This document shows positions 53,544 to 63,718 of a DNA stretch of 64,000 nt, piece after piece; the first letter of the stretch is position 1; each line of letters opens with the position of its first letter. The position numbers and the translations under genes were made by a program. Origin of the DNA: Chthoniobacterales bacterium. Its GTDB lineage: Bacteria; Verrucomicrobiota; Verrucomicrobiia; Chthoniobacterales; UBA10450. The stretch lies in assembly GCA_046593335.1 (NCBI GenBank), contig JBKJNW010000042.1, positions 439-64,438 on the forward strand, in the 5' to 3' direction. The notes below the pieces were generated by a model that worked only from the letters and a program-made list of their open reading frames with translations, was not told the origin of the DNA and ran no database searches.

Positions 53544-53745
53544 CGTCGCGCGCGGCGACGGCCCGGGCGCACGAGATTGTAGAATCAGCGCGCAGCGCTG
53601 CAACCGCGCCGGGGAAATCCTCTTCTCGGTAGGGCGAGACTCTGTCGAGCCTGGGGGTGAACCTCGATTTCACCGCCACTCGCCATCCCGGCTCGACGGA
53701 GTCTCGCCCCACCTCCCGCGGTGCGGTCCACCAAATTTGACGCGG

Positions 53746-54825
53746 CTACAGCACAAAGGTGCTGCGGCGCCAGCCCGCCCTTCCGTTGGGGCAAAAGACG
53801 GCGTTTGTCCTCTGCGCGCTTTGCAGCTGGGCCGACTGCGCCGACTCGTTAGGCTCAGGCGGCTGCGGCGGTTCCGGTGCTTCCGGCGGCTCCGGCGCCT
53901 CGGGAAGTTCCTGGCGCTCCAGTTTGTCCAGACGCTGCCGCACGTTCTCGGGCAGTTTCGCCCGGTCTTCCGCGGTTTCGATCGGGCCGTTGAAGACTTC
54001 TTTTCCTTTCGCATCCTTGGCCGTCAATGTCCTGCGGCCATTCGTGTTCTCGATCTTCAACTCCCCTTGTTCGTCGGAAAAAGTGATCGTCGCCCGGCCG
54101 AGATCGATCCGGGTCGACCTCGTTAGGCCGTCATCGGAGGTGACGATGCGCAGCCCGCGCATAGCGCGCTGGGCTTCGTCCCGCGCCCGCACCGCCTGAT
54201 CCTTGGCCCGCGAAACCGCTTCCCGCACCGCCGTCATGTCGGGCGCCTGGAAATCGAACTTCATCTTTTCCAGATCTTCGAAATTCCATTCCTTCTGGTA
54301 ACCGGCCGGGCCGCGACTGGCCGACATTTCTTTCTTGGCCAGCTTGACCGTCATTTTCATTTCCTTGCCTTTGCGCAGGACGGTGAGTTCGATCGAAGTG
54401 CCATCGGCGAAACTCCGGATCAATTTTCCGAGCTGATTCGGGTTGACGATCTGCTGGTCGTTTAACATCCGGATGATGTCGCTCTGCTGTAGGCCGGCGG
54501 CGGCGGCCGGGGTATTGGGCACGACGTAATCGATCACCACCCCGAAGCCGCGCGGCAGCCCCATTTGTTCAGAAAGAACCCGCGGGACATCGGAAGTCTC
54601 GACCCCGAGAATGGTGACGGGCTCCTTCGGTCCGCTGTCGCGCTCGTGAAAATGCCGGGTCCCCGGAGCCGGAGGAGCCGGCGCCGGGGGCACGGGCGGA
54701 GCGGGGGAAGTGGCCGGAATGGATTGGATCGCCGACGTGGAAGGAACGGGAGTGGGCGATTGGGCGATGGCGGCGAGCGGGAGGAGCGCGGCCAGCGTTG
54801 TCGTTAGGGCGAATTGCTTTTTCAT
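53746..54825 (-). CDS. secreted PDZ-domain protein
   Basis: Signal peptide, Pro-rich linker, PDZ core (GVVIDYVVPNTPAAAAGLQQSDIIRMLNDQQI), and a PEAPEPP-rich tail. Confidence 0.7.
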   Translation of the reverse strand: MKKQFALTTTLAALLPLAAIAQSPTPVPSTSAIQSIPATSPAPPVPPAPAPPAPGTRHFHERDSGPKEPVTILGVETSDVPRVLSEQMGLPRGFGVVIDYVVPNTPAAAAGLQQSDIIRMLNDQQIVNPNQLGKLIRSFADGTSIELTVLRKGKEMKMTVKLAKKEMSASRGPAGYQKEWNFEDLEKMKFDFQAPDMTAVREAVSRAKDQAVRARDEAQRAMRGLRIVTSDDGLTRSTRIDLGRATITFSDEQGELKIENTNGRRTLTAKDAKGKEVFNGPIETAEDRAKLPENVRQRLDKLERQELPEAPEPPEAPEPPQPPEPNESAQSAQLQSAQRTNAVFCPNGRAGWRRSTFVL

Positions 54826-54840
54826 GATCTTGGTTCCTGG

Positions 54841-55344
54841 TTATTGAAAGGAAACCGGCGTGAGCACGACCTGCTCCGCCGGGTAGGAGACGCGCAGCGA
54901 CGCCCCGGTCTGCGGGTTGCGCCACTGCATCGTCTCGCGGGTGTCGTAGCGGACCCGCCGGAGCGGTCGCTCCGTTTGGTTAGGCGAGAAAACGAGACCT
55001 TCGTCGCGCCGATGGTAAACCACCTGGGTCAGCGCGGATGGTTGCAGCCCGGGGTCGTAGGCTGCGCTCGGCGCCGGGCTGGTGTTTTGCGCGAGGACTG
55101 GCGCAGCGGATGGCGGCTCGGAGAAGAAAGCGAGCCAGACGAGGACTAGCGCGGAAGCGGTCGTTAGGCCAAGGCCGAGCGACCACCAGAGACCGGCCCG
55201 CCGCGCCGGGCGGGGAAGAACGCCGGCGGTTGGTGCCGCGTTAGCTTGCGCGAGGTCGGCTTCGATTCGGGCCCGCAGCTCATCCGAGACTGGCGCCGGG
55301 CGCAGCTTCTTCAGCTCGGCTTCGAGTTCGGAAAAATCATTCAT
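54841..55344 (-). CDS. putative single-pass anti-sigma factor
   Basis: 167 aa: short cytoplasmic helix, one TM helix (GLWWSLGLGLTTASALVLVWLAFF), periplasmic tail. Overlaps the ECF sigma stop by 8 nt. Confidence 0.55.
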   Translation of the reverse strand: MNDFSELEAELKKLRPAPVSDELRARIEADLAQANAAPTAGVLPRPARRAGLWWSLGLGLTTASALVLVWLAFFSEPPSAAPVLAQNTSPAPSAAYDPGLQPSALTQVVYHRRDEGLVFSPNQTERPLRRVRYDTRETMQWRNPQTGASLRVSYPAEQVVLTPVSFQ

Positions 55345-55831
55345 GGGGCTGCAAAGTTTTCCGGAGCGCGCCGAGGGCGTAGCGGTAGCGCGAGGCAGCG
55401 GTGTTCTGTGAAATCTCGAGAACGTTCCCGATCTCGGCGAAGGTGAGGTCGTTCCAAATTTTCAAAATGACGACCTCCCGTTGTTCGTCGGGCAAACGCT
55501 CGACCGCCGCGGCCAGTTGCTCCTGGCCTTCGTCGACGCTGGTAAATTGCGGCTCGAAATGCGCCGCGCCATCGAGCGCGACGGCCGCTTCGCGGCGGGC
55601 GCGACGTTCTTCCCCGCGCAGCCGATCGAGCGCGGCGGAGCGGACGGCGGCGTAAAGCAGGGCACGGTTTTCGATCGAATGCTGCCGGCGCCAAAAACGA
55701 ACGAACGCTTCTTGGACGACATCCTCGGCTTCGGCGCGGCAATTGGTCCAGCGCCGGGCAAAAAGAAGGAGGGCAGGGCCGAGCTGTCTGAAACAGGTCT
55801 GCCAATCGTCTTCGCTGCGTGCACTCTCCAT
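55337..55831 (-). CDS. ECF-type RNA polymerase sigma-70 factor
   Basis: AEDVVQEAFVRFWRR (region 2) and LTFAEIGNVLEISQNTAASRYRYAL (region 4). Confidence 0.9.
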   Translation of the reverse strand: MESARSEDDWQTCFRQLGPALLLFARRWTNCRAEAEDVVQEAFVRFWRRQHSIENRALLYAAVRSAALDRLRGEERRARREAAVALDGAAHFEPQFTSVDEGQEQLAAAVERLPDEQREVVILKIWNDLTFAEIGNVLEISQNTAASRYRYALGALRKTLQPHE

Positions 55832-55868
55832 TGCTTCTTCACGGTCTTTTAGATTGAGACGCCGCCAA

Positions 55869-56735
55869 ATGCAGCTTTTGTCTAACGACGTGAAAACTTT
55901 CTCTTTCGCCGCCGGTGCGCTTTTTCTTTTCTGCAGCGCTTCCCTTTTCGCCGAAGAGGCTGCGAAAGGCGGAAACGCAAAATCCCTCGCCGCGGCGGAA
56001 ACGGCTTTTGCCCAGGAAGCGATTGAGAAAGGAACGCGCGCGGCGTTTCTCCATGTCCTCTCGGACGAAGCCATCGTTTTCGAGCCCGGCCCGACCAATG
56101 CCAAAAAGGCCTGGCAGGCAAAGCCGGAATCGAAGTCGGTCTTGCAATGGCAGCCCGTCCTCGTCGCTGCCTCGACCAGCGGCGACTTCGGTTACACCAC
56201 CGGTCCGTGGAGCTTCAAGAACGACCCGGCGGCGAAGGAAGCGACGGACTACGGGCAGTTAGTCTCCATCTGGCGCTGGGAAAATGGACAGTGGAAATTA
56301 AACTTCGACCTCGGCTCGGAAAATCCCGCTCCGAGCGGGCCGCAGGCGGATTTGCAAATCGTCGACAACCACGCCCCTAACGAATCGGCCGCGGATGCGG
56401 AGCCGGTCATGCGCGCGCACGATTTGCGCTATGCGGCAGATCGAGCCGGGCAGCTCGCCGCCGCGGCGGAAGATAACGTTCGGCTCTATCTCCCGCAGCA
56501 ATTTCCCGTCGTTGGCAGCGCCGACGCCAGCGCCGCGCTGCAAAAAGAAAAGACCCCGGTCAAGTTTGGGGAACCAAAGGGAGGCGACATTTCCTCCGGA
56601 GGCGATCTCGGTTTTGTCTGGGGCGAATACCTCAACGGTCCGGCGACGGAAGCGAGCGGGTATTACCTGCGCATCTGGCGCAAAGACCGGGCGGGCGAGT
56701 GGAAGCTCGCGCTCGACCTCATGCATCCTCGTTAG
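55869..56735 (+). CDS. secreted tandem SnoaL/DUF4440-like (NTF2-fold) protein
   Basis: Signal peptide, then two NTF2-like halves ending ..LVSIWRWENGQWKLNFD and ..YLRIWRKDRAGEWKLALD. Confidence 0.65.
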   Translation: MQLLSNDVKTFSFAAGALFLFCSASLFAEEAAKGGNAKSLAAAETAFAQEAIEKGTRAAFLHVLSDEAIVFEPGPTNAKKAWQAKPESKSVLQWQPVLVAASTSGDFGYTTGPWSFKNDPAAKEATDYGQLVSIWRWENGQWKLNFDLGSENPAPSGPQADLQIVDNHAPNESAADAEPVMRAHDLRYAADRAGQLAAAAEDNVRLYLPQQFPVVGSADASAALQKEKTPVKFGEPKGGDISSGGDLGFVWGEYLNGPATEASGYYLRIWRKDRAGEWKLALDLMHPR

Positions 56736-56747
56736 GCGAGAACGCTC

Positions 56748-57845
56748 TCAGCGCGCGGGCGAAATCGGGCGCAGGACCAGTTCGCCCAGCCACCACGGGT
56801 CGGCCACGCCTTTTCGGTAGGCGGCGAGCGCCTCGGGCGAGGAGTTGAGGTGGAGGTTGCTGTAGCTCTGGTCCTCGTTCTGCCAGCGCTCGTGCCAGTA
56901 GACCGCCGCTTTCACCCGCGGCAGGCGCGTTTTCACGACGCTGAACGCTTCCTCAATCCATTTCGCCTTATTCCCGGAGTGGGGAAATTCCCCAGTCGCC
57001 CATTCCGTGATCATGATCGGCTTCTGCGGATCGAGCCGGCTCAATTCCTGGTAGGGCCAATCGACCAAGGGCCAGAAAGGCGACCACGGTTCATCGGCAA
57101 ATTGCTGGCCGTAAACACTCATCCCGAGCCAGTCGACGTAATTGGAACCGGGATAATAGGCGGGCGCGAAATTCCAAGTGTCCATCGGGAAGGAGTAATT
57201 GTTTGTCTGGAAAAGCCACTGGATGTTGTACGCTCCGCGCGCCCGGACCCGGTCGACGACGTAACGAAAAGCGCGCTTGAAAACCTCCGGCCCGGCCCAC
57301 TCGTTAGGCTTGTCTCCCACCTTTTTGTTCCCGCCGTAGTAAACGCCCGACCAGGGAAACCAGTCGCCGTTCATCTCGTCCCCAAAGGAAACAATCATCG
57401 GTTGTCCAAAAGCCCGGGCCCGGTCGGCCCAGTCATCGATGTACCGATTCCAGGTGCCGGCGAGAATGGCCTCGAGGCTGAAACGGTCCGGTCCTTTCTT
57501 TTGTTCGTAAGGCCGATCCCAGGGCGACCAGAAAACGAGCGGGAGCGAGCCATGCCGCCAGATCACCTCCAGGTTGGCGGTCGGGAAATTTTGTTCACCC
57601 CAGTAGCTGGAGGAGGCGATGATGGCCTGGTGTTTCCCCACCATGGCCTCGAAGTTTTCGATCGTCTCCAGTTCGACCGCATCCTCGGCTTCGCCGAAAT
57701 CGATATAGGCCCCGGTGTAGGCGCCTTTCTCCGGCAGAACCACCTGCATCGGCACCTTGAACTCTCGCCGCGTCTGCTCCGGCGCCGGTTTCCGGCAACC
57801 GACCAGCGCCAGCAGGAGAGTAAGGGTGAAAAGCAGGTGCTTCAC
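56748..57845 (-). CDS. GH26-like glycoside hydrolase lipoprotein
   Basis: Lipobox LLALVGC. FGDEMNGDWFPWSG and ITEWAT are consistent with GH26/clan GH-A acid-base and nucleophile regions. GTG start. Confidence 0.65.
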   Translation of the reverse strand: MKHLLFTLTLLLALVGCRKPAPEQTRREFKVPMQVVLPEKGAYTGAYIDFGEAEDAVELETIENFEAMVGKHQAIIASSSYWGEQNFPTANLEVIWRHGSLPLVFWSPWDRPYEQKKGPDRFSLEAILAGTWNRYIDDWADRARAFGQPMIVSFGDEMNGDWFPWSGVYYGGNKKVGDKPNEWAGPEVFKRAFRYVVDRVRARGAYNIQWLFQTNNYSFPMDTWNFAPAYYPGSNYVDWLGMSVYGQQFADEPWSPFWPLVDWPYQELSRLDPQKPIMITEWATGEFPHSGNKAKWIEEAFSVVKTRLPRVKAAVYWHERWQNEDQSYSNLHLNSSPEALAAYRKGVADPWWLGELVLRPISPAR

Positions 57846-57848
57846 TCG

Positions 57849-60800
57849 TTAGACCCGGGCCGGGACCGAAGCGGTCCGTTCAAGTTTACCCCAGCCGACC
57901 CAGGCGCCCTTGAGCGCGCGGAGGATGGCTTTCCAAATCACATAACTCAGGAGCGGGCGATAAATCAGTCGCATCGGGATGATACGCCAGGCGTGCAGGA
58001 CCGGTTCGCGCTCGATAATGCAGGCGAGGGTGGCGAGAATCACATCCATCGCGAGAAAGATGACGACGAAAGGAAGGATGGCGCGCCAGGCGCCGAAAGG
58101 CAGGGAGGCGATTAAGAAGAAATCGACCATCGGGGTGAGGGCGACGAGCAGGATCTGGAAAAACCAGACACTCGGCAGGCTGAACCAGCCGAGGGCGCGG
58201 TAACGCCAGTTGAAAACTTTTTCGCGATGTTTCCAGAGACATTGCAACGTGCCGTAGGCCCAGCGGAAACGTTGCCGGGCGAGTGTGCGCACGGTTTCCG
58301 GCGCTTCCGTCCAGGCGATCGCGTCCGGGGTGTAAACGATCCGGTTTCGCTCTTTGTGCAGAGTGAGGGTGAGATCGGTATCCTCCGCCAGGGTATCGAG
58401 GCTGAGCCCGCTGGCGCGCGCGATGGCGGAGCGGCGCAGGGCGCTGATCGCGCCGGGGACGACCGTGATGCAGTTCCAGCGATCGTAGGCGCGCCGGTCA
58501 AGATTGAAGCCGCAGGTGTATTCCAGCGCCTGGCAGCGAGCGATGAAGCTGCGCAGGTTCCCCACCTTGGCGTGGCCGGAGACCGCGACCACTTCCTCGT
58601 CGGCCAGCGGCCTAACGAGCAGGCGCAGGGTGTCGCGTTGCAGGTGGGTATCGGCGTCGAGAAAAACCACCACTTCATGCGCGAGCAAGGAAAGCCCGTA
58701 CTGCAATGCGACCGCCTTGCCCCGGTTCCGTTGCCTAACGAGTCGGACGCGGGAGTCTGTCTGCGCGATCTTTTCCACTTCGGCCGCGGTGCCATCCTTC
58801 GAGCCATCATCCACCACCAGCACTTCGAGCGGGCCGGAATGATCGTTGGCCAGGACCGCGCGCAGGGTCGCGGCGATGACCTTTTCCTCGTTGTACGCCG
58901 CAATTAAAACACTGATCGGTGGAGCGAAATCCTCCGCCAGCGGAGCCGTCCGGCGGAAGCGGGCCGCGAGGATAATTACGACCAAAGTGCGCAGGACGAT
59001 GAGCGCGGTCGCGACGATCATGAAAGCCCAGAGGAATTCCTCGATCGCATGAAAGACGCGAAAGCCGGCGCTGCTCACGAAGCGCGGAATCCGTTGCCCC
59101 GCGCCGACCGGCGGCATGACCGCGTCGCGCGTACTTCCGATGAGCGTGCTGAGGGGAACGATGGTGTCCCCTCTGGTGTGGAGCCAATCGATGATCTTCG
59201 GCAGCGCCGCGATTGTCTGCGCGCGATCGCCACCGGCGTCGTGCAGGAGGATGATGCTGCCGTCGCGGCGCTGTTGCTTGATCCGCTGCAGGATGACGTC
59301 GGCCCCCGGCCGGGCCCAATCCTGCGGGTCGATGTTTTCCAGGACGACGAGGTAATTGAGATCGTTCGCGATCTGGAGCGGGGCGAGATCGGCTAACGAC
59401 GACGGGCTGGTGTCGGCATTATAGGGCGGGCGAAAGAGGGTGGTGGAACGGCCGGTAATCGTCTCGAGCAGAAGCTGAGTCGCATTCAACTCCAGGCGGA
59501 TATGTTCCGGCCAGCAGACGGCGAGATTGGGATGGTAATAGGTGTGGTTCCCGATCTCGTGTCCCTCAGCCACGATTCGCCTAACGAGACCGGGATATTG
59601 CTCGGCGTTGACCCCAACGAGAAAGAAAGTCGCGGTGATTCCGTTCGCCTTCAGGATGTCGAGGACTCGCGGCGTCCATTTCGGATCGGGTCCGTCGTCG
59701 AAAGTGAGCGCGACCTGGTGTTCGCCGCCCGCGCCCTGATGATAAAGCGTGGGGAACTCCGGAAATTGCAGATAACTCGCGCTCAGGTAACCATCGGCCC
59801 CGCGCTCGATCTTGCGCGCCCCGTCCGTCCGCGCCTCGTCGACGTTGACGATCTCGCCATCACCGACATCGGTGATGGTGTCGCTGCTCGCGAGTGGTTC
59901 GAGGAATTTTTTCAGCGTCCCGTCCGGCGGCGCGGGCGGAAAGTTGAGCGCATCCCAGATCGCCGGGTCTTCCGTGCCAAGGCGGAAGATGGCCACGCCG
60001 CCCGCTTTTTGTTCGCGGACCGCGTGCAGCTCGTTCAGGAAACTGATCGCATCGAGAAACCAGACGGAGTGTTCCTTCTCCGCATCTTCGTAATAAAAAT
60101 CCGCGCTGTGATCGGGTGGCGCGACCGTGCCGGGCGCGACCTCGGCGTTGCTCGCACGACTCATCGCCTCCGGGAAACTGATCAGCTCGGCCCGGCGCGC
60201 GCCATTCGTCCAGTCGTAGCCATAACTGCCGAGCGCGATGATCCATTGCTCGGGATCGGCGTCCTCGAGCAGGGCGTGGAGCCATGACTCAAACCATTGC
60301 CGCGACGCGAGCGGCCCGGGCGCATCGTCGTCGGAACTTTCATCAAAGAGAAGGGCGACGAAACGATCGACCTGTTCCGACACTTTCTCGAAATCGATGT
60401 AATCGAGATCCTGGCCCGGTTGCACGCAGAGCCAAAGCTGGCGGCCGTCGGCATGAAGACGCTCCGCCATTTTGCCGAGCAGTTTCGTGATGTCGTCCTG
60501 GTAAGCGGGATCGACCTGCTCCCAGTCGATCACGACCCCGGCGGCCTTGGCCTTACGCAGTTGCTCGAGCAGCGTCTGTAAAAAATGCTCCTGCCGCTCC
60601 GGCGGACCGTGCGCGAGATTTTCCACCGCCTCCGGTTGCCAGGTGTCGCCGACCTGATTGGTCAGGAGCGGCATTAAGGCCAGACCCTTGGCCGCGGCCA
60701 GTTTCGGGATCCGGATGTCGGCATCGACCTGCAAATTCCCGAGGCCATCGGAGAGGGCGAACCATTCCGGGCAGACATGGGTGAGCTGGGCCGCGTGCTG

Positions 60801-61199
60801 TTCCAGCGAGCGATAACTATAGGGATCGCCGTTCGTGTAAAAGCCGAGGCGCACCTCGCCGCCGGTCGCAGCTTTCCGCGGGGCCGCGGTCCCGGCCGGC
60901 GAGGGCTGCTTGTGGGCGGCCGTGCGCGCGGCGATGAATTTCTCCCAGAGCGGGACGTTCGGCGGAAGCTGCCCGGCCGGATTCTTTTTTTGGAGCGACT
61001 TTAGCTGGCCTTTCAATTGCCGCAGGCTGAACGGCAACCTCAGTTGCGGGGCGACGAAGAGGGTCTGGACGAAAAAAACGGTCGCGACAAAAGCGATCAC
61101 TCCGCCGAAAAGCAAAGTGAGGCGGAGCCGCGGCCAGCGTCGACCGCTGGGGTCGGAAAAGATGAAGGCTGCCCGCTCTTCAGGGAAATCGGCGTCCAT
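57849..61199 (-). CDS. three-domain polysaccharide synthase: GH18-like + CE4 (NodB) deacetylase + processive family-2 glycosyltransferase
   Basis: GH18-like GVVIDWEQV. NodB motifs TFDDGP and GNHTYYHP. GT2 motifs AAYNEE, VVDDGSKDGT, DADT, AEDTDLT and QRFRWAYG, plus C-terminal TM helices. Confidence 0.8.
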   Translation of the reverse strand: MDADFPEERAAFIFSDPSGRRWPRLRLTLLFGGVIAFVATVFFVQTLFVAPQLRLPFSLRQLKGQLKSLQKKNPAGQLPPNVPLWEKFIAARTAAHKQPSPAGTAAPRKAATGGEVRLGFYTNGDPYSYRSLEQHAAQLTHVCPEWFALSDGLGNLQVDADIRIPKLAAAKGLALMPLLTNQVGDTWQPEAVENLAHGPPERQEHFLQTLLEQLRKAKAAGVVIDWEQVDPAYQDDITKLLGKMAERLHADGRQLWLCVQPGQDLDYIDFEKVSEQVDRFVALLFDESSDDDAPGPLASRQWFESWLHALLEDADPEQWIIALGSYGYDWTNGARRAELISFPEAMSRASNAEVAPGTVAPPDHSADFYYEDAEKEHSVWFLDAISFLNELHAVREQKAGGVAIFRLGTEDPAIWDALNFPPAPPDGTLKKFLEPLASSDTITDVGDGEIVNVDEARTDGARKIERGADGYLSASYLQFPEFPTLYHQGAGGEHQVALTFDDGPDPKWTPRVLDILKANGITATFFLVGVNAEQYPGLVRRIVAEGHEIGNHTYYHPNLAVCWPEHIRLELNATQLLLETITGRSTTLFRPPYNADTSPSSLADLAPLQIANDLNYLVVLENIDPQDWARPGADVILQRIKQQRRDGSIILLHDAGGDRAQTIAALPKIIDWLHTRGDTIVPLSTLIGSTRDAVMPPVGAGQRIPRFVSSAGFRVFHAIEEFLWAFMIVATALIVLRTLVVIILAARFRRTAPLAEDFAPPISVLIAAYNEEKVIAATLRAVLANDHSGPLEVLVVDDGSKDGTAAEVEKIAQTDSRVRLVRQRNRGKAVALQYGLSLLAHEVVVFLDADTHLQRDTLRLLVRPLADEEVVAVSGHAKVGNLRSFIARCQALEYTCGFNLDRRAYDRWNCITVVPGAISALRRSAIARASGLSLDTLAEDTDLTLTLHKERNRIVYTPDAIAWTEAPETVRTLARQRFRWAYGTLQCLWKHREKVFNWRYRALGWFSLPSVWFFQILLVALTPMVDFFLIASLPFGAWRAILPFVVIFLAMDVILATLACIIEREPVLHAWRIIPMRLIYRPLLSYVIWKAILRALKGAWVGWGKLERTASVPARV

Positions 61200-61275
61200 T
61201 CAGAAACCAGAGGGCGGCTAGCTTAGCCGGGCCTGGCCAAAATGCCAGAAACGCGCTGGGAACCTGCGGGAAGTT

Positions 61276-62052
61276 TCAGCCCTCGTCGTTAGGTGCGCCG
61301 GCCTGGACGATCTGGGCGAAGCTGCGCGGATCAAGGCTCGCCCCGCCGACGAGCGCGCCGTCGATATCCGGCTGCTCAAGAAGCTGGCGCGCGTTATCCG
61401 GTTTGACGCTTCCGCCATACTGGATGCGGATCTTTTCCGCGGTCGCTTCATCCGACATCGCGCCCAGCGTTTTGCGAATGAAGGCATGGACTTCCTGGGC
61501 CTGTTCGGTGGTGGCGGTTTTGCCGGTGCCGATGGCCCAGACTGGTTCGTAGGCGATGACGATCTCGTGGAATTCCTTGGCTTCGACGTCGGCCAGGCTG
61601 CCGCGCAACTGGCTGGTGATGACTTTTTCGACCTCACCTTTTTCGCGCTGAGCGAGAGTTTCGCCGACGCAGAGGATGGGGCGCAATTTTTCCTCGAGGG
61701 CCGCGCGCACCTTGCGGTTCACGATCGCGTCCGTCTCGCCAAACATGGCGCGCCGTTCGCTGTGCCCAAGGATGACGTAGCGGACGAAAAGTTCACGCAA
61801 CATGGCGGGGCTGATCTCGCCCGTAAAAGCGCCGCTCCGTTCCCAATGCATGTTCTGCGCGCCGACCTTGATGCTCTGCGTCTGCGTCAGGAGCTCGGTC
61901 ACTTTGGGAATGGCGGTGAAGGGCGGCACGATCACGATCTCGACCGCGTCGAAGTCGCCGATCTCGCGCAGAAAAGTAGTGATGAAGGCCTCCGACTCGC
62001 TCTGAGTCATGTGCATTTTCCAATTCGCGGCGATGATTTTTTTGCTGCGCAT
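61276..62052 (-). CDS. tpiA: triose-phosphate isomerase
   Basis: IAANWKMH, ILGHSERR, AYEPVWAIGTG. Confidence 0.95.
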   Translation of the reverse strand: MRSKKIIAANWKMHMTQSESEAFITTFLREIGDFDAVEIVIVPPFTAIPKVTELLTQTQSIKVGAQNMHWERSGAFTGEISPAMLRELFVRYVILGHSERRAMFGETDAIVNRKVRAALEEKLRPILCVGETLAQREKGEVEKVITSQLRGSLADVEAKEFHEIVIAYEPVWAIGTGKTATTEQAQEVHAFIRKTLGAMSDEATAEKIRIQYGGSVKPDNARQLLEQPDIDGALVGGASLDPRSFAQIVQAGAPNDEG

Positions 62053-62061
62053 GATGGATCT

Positions 62062-63273
62062 CTATTTTTCGCTTAACGCCGCGACCCCGGGGAGTTCCTT
62101 GCCTTCAATCAGCTCGAGCGAAGCGCCGCCGCCGGTGGAAATGAAGGTCATCTTATCCGCCAGCCCGGCCTGTTTCACCGCGGTCACGGAATCACCGCCG
62201 CCGATGATGGTGGTGGCGTTCGATTCCGCCATCGCCTCGGCGACCGCTTCCGTGCCGGCGGAGAATTCCCGTATCTCGAAAATGCCGGGCGGCCCGTTCC
62301 AGAGAATGGTTTTAGCGCGCGCGATCTCGCTCTGGAAAAGGGCAATCGTCAAGGGCCCGATATCGACCGCCTGCCAGCCGTCGGGAATATTATAATCCTC
62401 CGAGATGCGACCGCTGTGCCGGGTGGCGGAGCCGGGCTTGATCTCTTCCGCGCCTAACAAGTCGATCGGGAGGAGGAGGCGGACATTTTTTTGTTTCGCG
62501 AGCGCGATCAATTCGCGCGCCAGATCGAGCTTGTCCCGCTCGACCCGACTGCTACCCATGTGAACGCCTTCCGATTCGAGGAAAGTGTTGGCCATGGCGC
62601 CGCAGATCAGGATTGTGTCGGCCTTCTCCATCAGCGCCTTAATCACCCCGATCTTGTCCGAGACCTTGCCGCCGCCGAGGATGACGAGGAACGGCTTCGC
62701 CGGGTGGGCCAGTTCTTCCTGGAGATATTTCAATTCCTTCTCCATCAGGAAACCCATGGCCGCTTGCCTAACGAACTTGGTCACTCCGGCGGTGGAAGCG
62801 TGAGCGCGATGGGCGGCGCCGAAAGCATCGTTGACGTAGAGCCCGTCGCTTAGTTTCGCGAGCGTCTCGGCGAACTTCGGGTCGTTCGCTTCCTCGCCCG
62901 CGTAGAAGCGGACGTTTTCGAGCAATGTGACATCGCCCTCTTTCATCTCGGCCACGATTTTTTCGGCATCGGTGCCGATGCAATCGTGGCTGAAGGCGAC
63001 CGGATGATCGATCAGGTCGTGCAGTGCCAGACCGACGGGCCGGAGCGAATATTTCTCCACCGGCTGGCCTTTCGGCCGGCCGAAGTGCGCCATCAAAATC
63101 GTCTTCGCGCCTTGTTCGCGCAGGTAGTTGATCGTGGGCAGGCTCTCGCGCATCCGGTTGTCGTCGGTGATGACGATTTTGCCGTCGCGTTCTTCGGTCG
63201 GGACGTTGAAATCGACCCGCACGAGGACGCGTTTCCCGCGGACATCGAGGTCGCGAACGGTGAGTTTACTCAT
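62062..63273 (-). CDS. pgk: phosphoglycerate kinase
   Basis: RVDFNVP, MAHFGRPKG, ISTGGGASLE. Confidence 0.95.
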   Translation of the reverse strand: MSKLTVRDLDVRGKRVLVRVDFNVPTEERDGKIVITDDNRMRESLPTINYLREQGAKTILMAHFGRPKGQPVEKYSLRPVGLALHDLIDHPVAFSHDCIGTDAEKIVAEMKEGDVTLLENVRFYAGEEANDPKFAETLAKLSDGLYVNDAFGAAHRAHASTAGVTKFVRQAAMGFLMEKELKYLQEELAHPAKPFLVILGGGKVSDKIGVIKALMEKADTILICGAMANTFLESEGVHMGSSRVERDKLDLARELIALAKQKNVRLLLPIDLLGAEEIKPGSATRHSGRISEDYNIPDGWQAVDIGPLTIALFQSEIARAKTILWNGPPGIFEIREFSAGTEAVAEAMAESNATTIIGGGDSVTAVKQAGLADKMTFISTGGGASLELIEGKELPGVAALSEK

Positions 63274-63680
63274 ATCTCCTGCTCCTGCTCATAATCCCCC
63301 TCCTCCTCCCGAATCATGGCGGGGTGATCCGAAAAGCGGCGGAGCAACCCCATCAGCATGCGAACAATGTGAACCAATCGATCTTTCCCCGCGCTAATTT
63401 GATCATCAGTTGCGAGCCGTCGAACGACCAGCACGTCGAGGCAGGCCGCGCACTCGAGCGCAGAACCGCGCGCGATTTCGAAAAATCGAGCCCGATCCCG
63501 TCCCGAGAACTTGCCATTTCCCTCCGCGATGTTGAGCGGAATGCTGGTCGAGGCCCGGTCGAGCTGATCCTTTGCGGCTGCCTTCGCCGAGATTGAAACA
63601 AGCAATTCTCCGACCCACCCGCAGAGTAGGAGCGACTCCTGGTAAACTTCCAACTTCTCGTGATCGAAAAAGGGTTTCAT
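63270..63680 (-). CDS. four-helix-bundle protein (23S rRNA intervening-sequence / Avd family)
   Basis: LEVYQESL.., IPLNIAEGNGKFSGRDRARFFEIARGSALECAACLDVL are the family hallmarks. Stop overlaps the pgk start (ATGA). Confidence 0.85.
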   Translation of the reverse strand: MKPFFDHEKLEVYQESLLLCGWVGELLVSISAKAAAKDQLDRASTSIPLNIAEGNGKFSGRDRARFFEIARGSALECAACLDVLVVRRLATDDQISAGKDRLVHIVRMLMGLLRRFSDHPAMIREEEGDYEQEQEI

Positions 63681-63718
63681 GGCGAAGGGAGGAGCAGGAT
63701 TATGAGCAAGAGCAGGAG
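63276..63718. repeat. 22-bp inverted repeat pair (one mismatch) bracketing the four-helix-bundle gene
   Basis: CTCCTGCTCCTGCTCATAATCC (63276-63297) against GGATTATGAGCAAGAGCAGGAG (63697-63718). Same family as the hairpin at 28891-28943. Confidence 0.85.
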
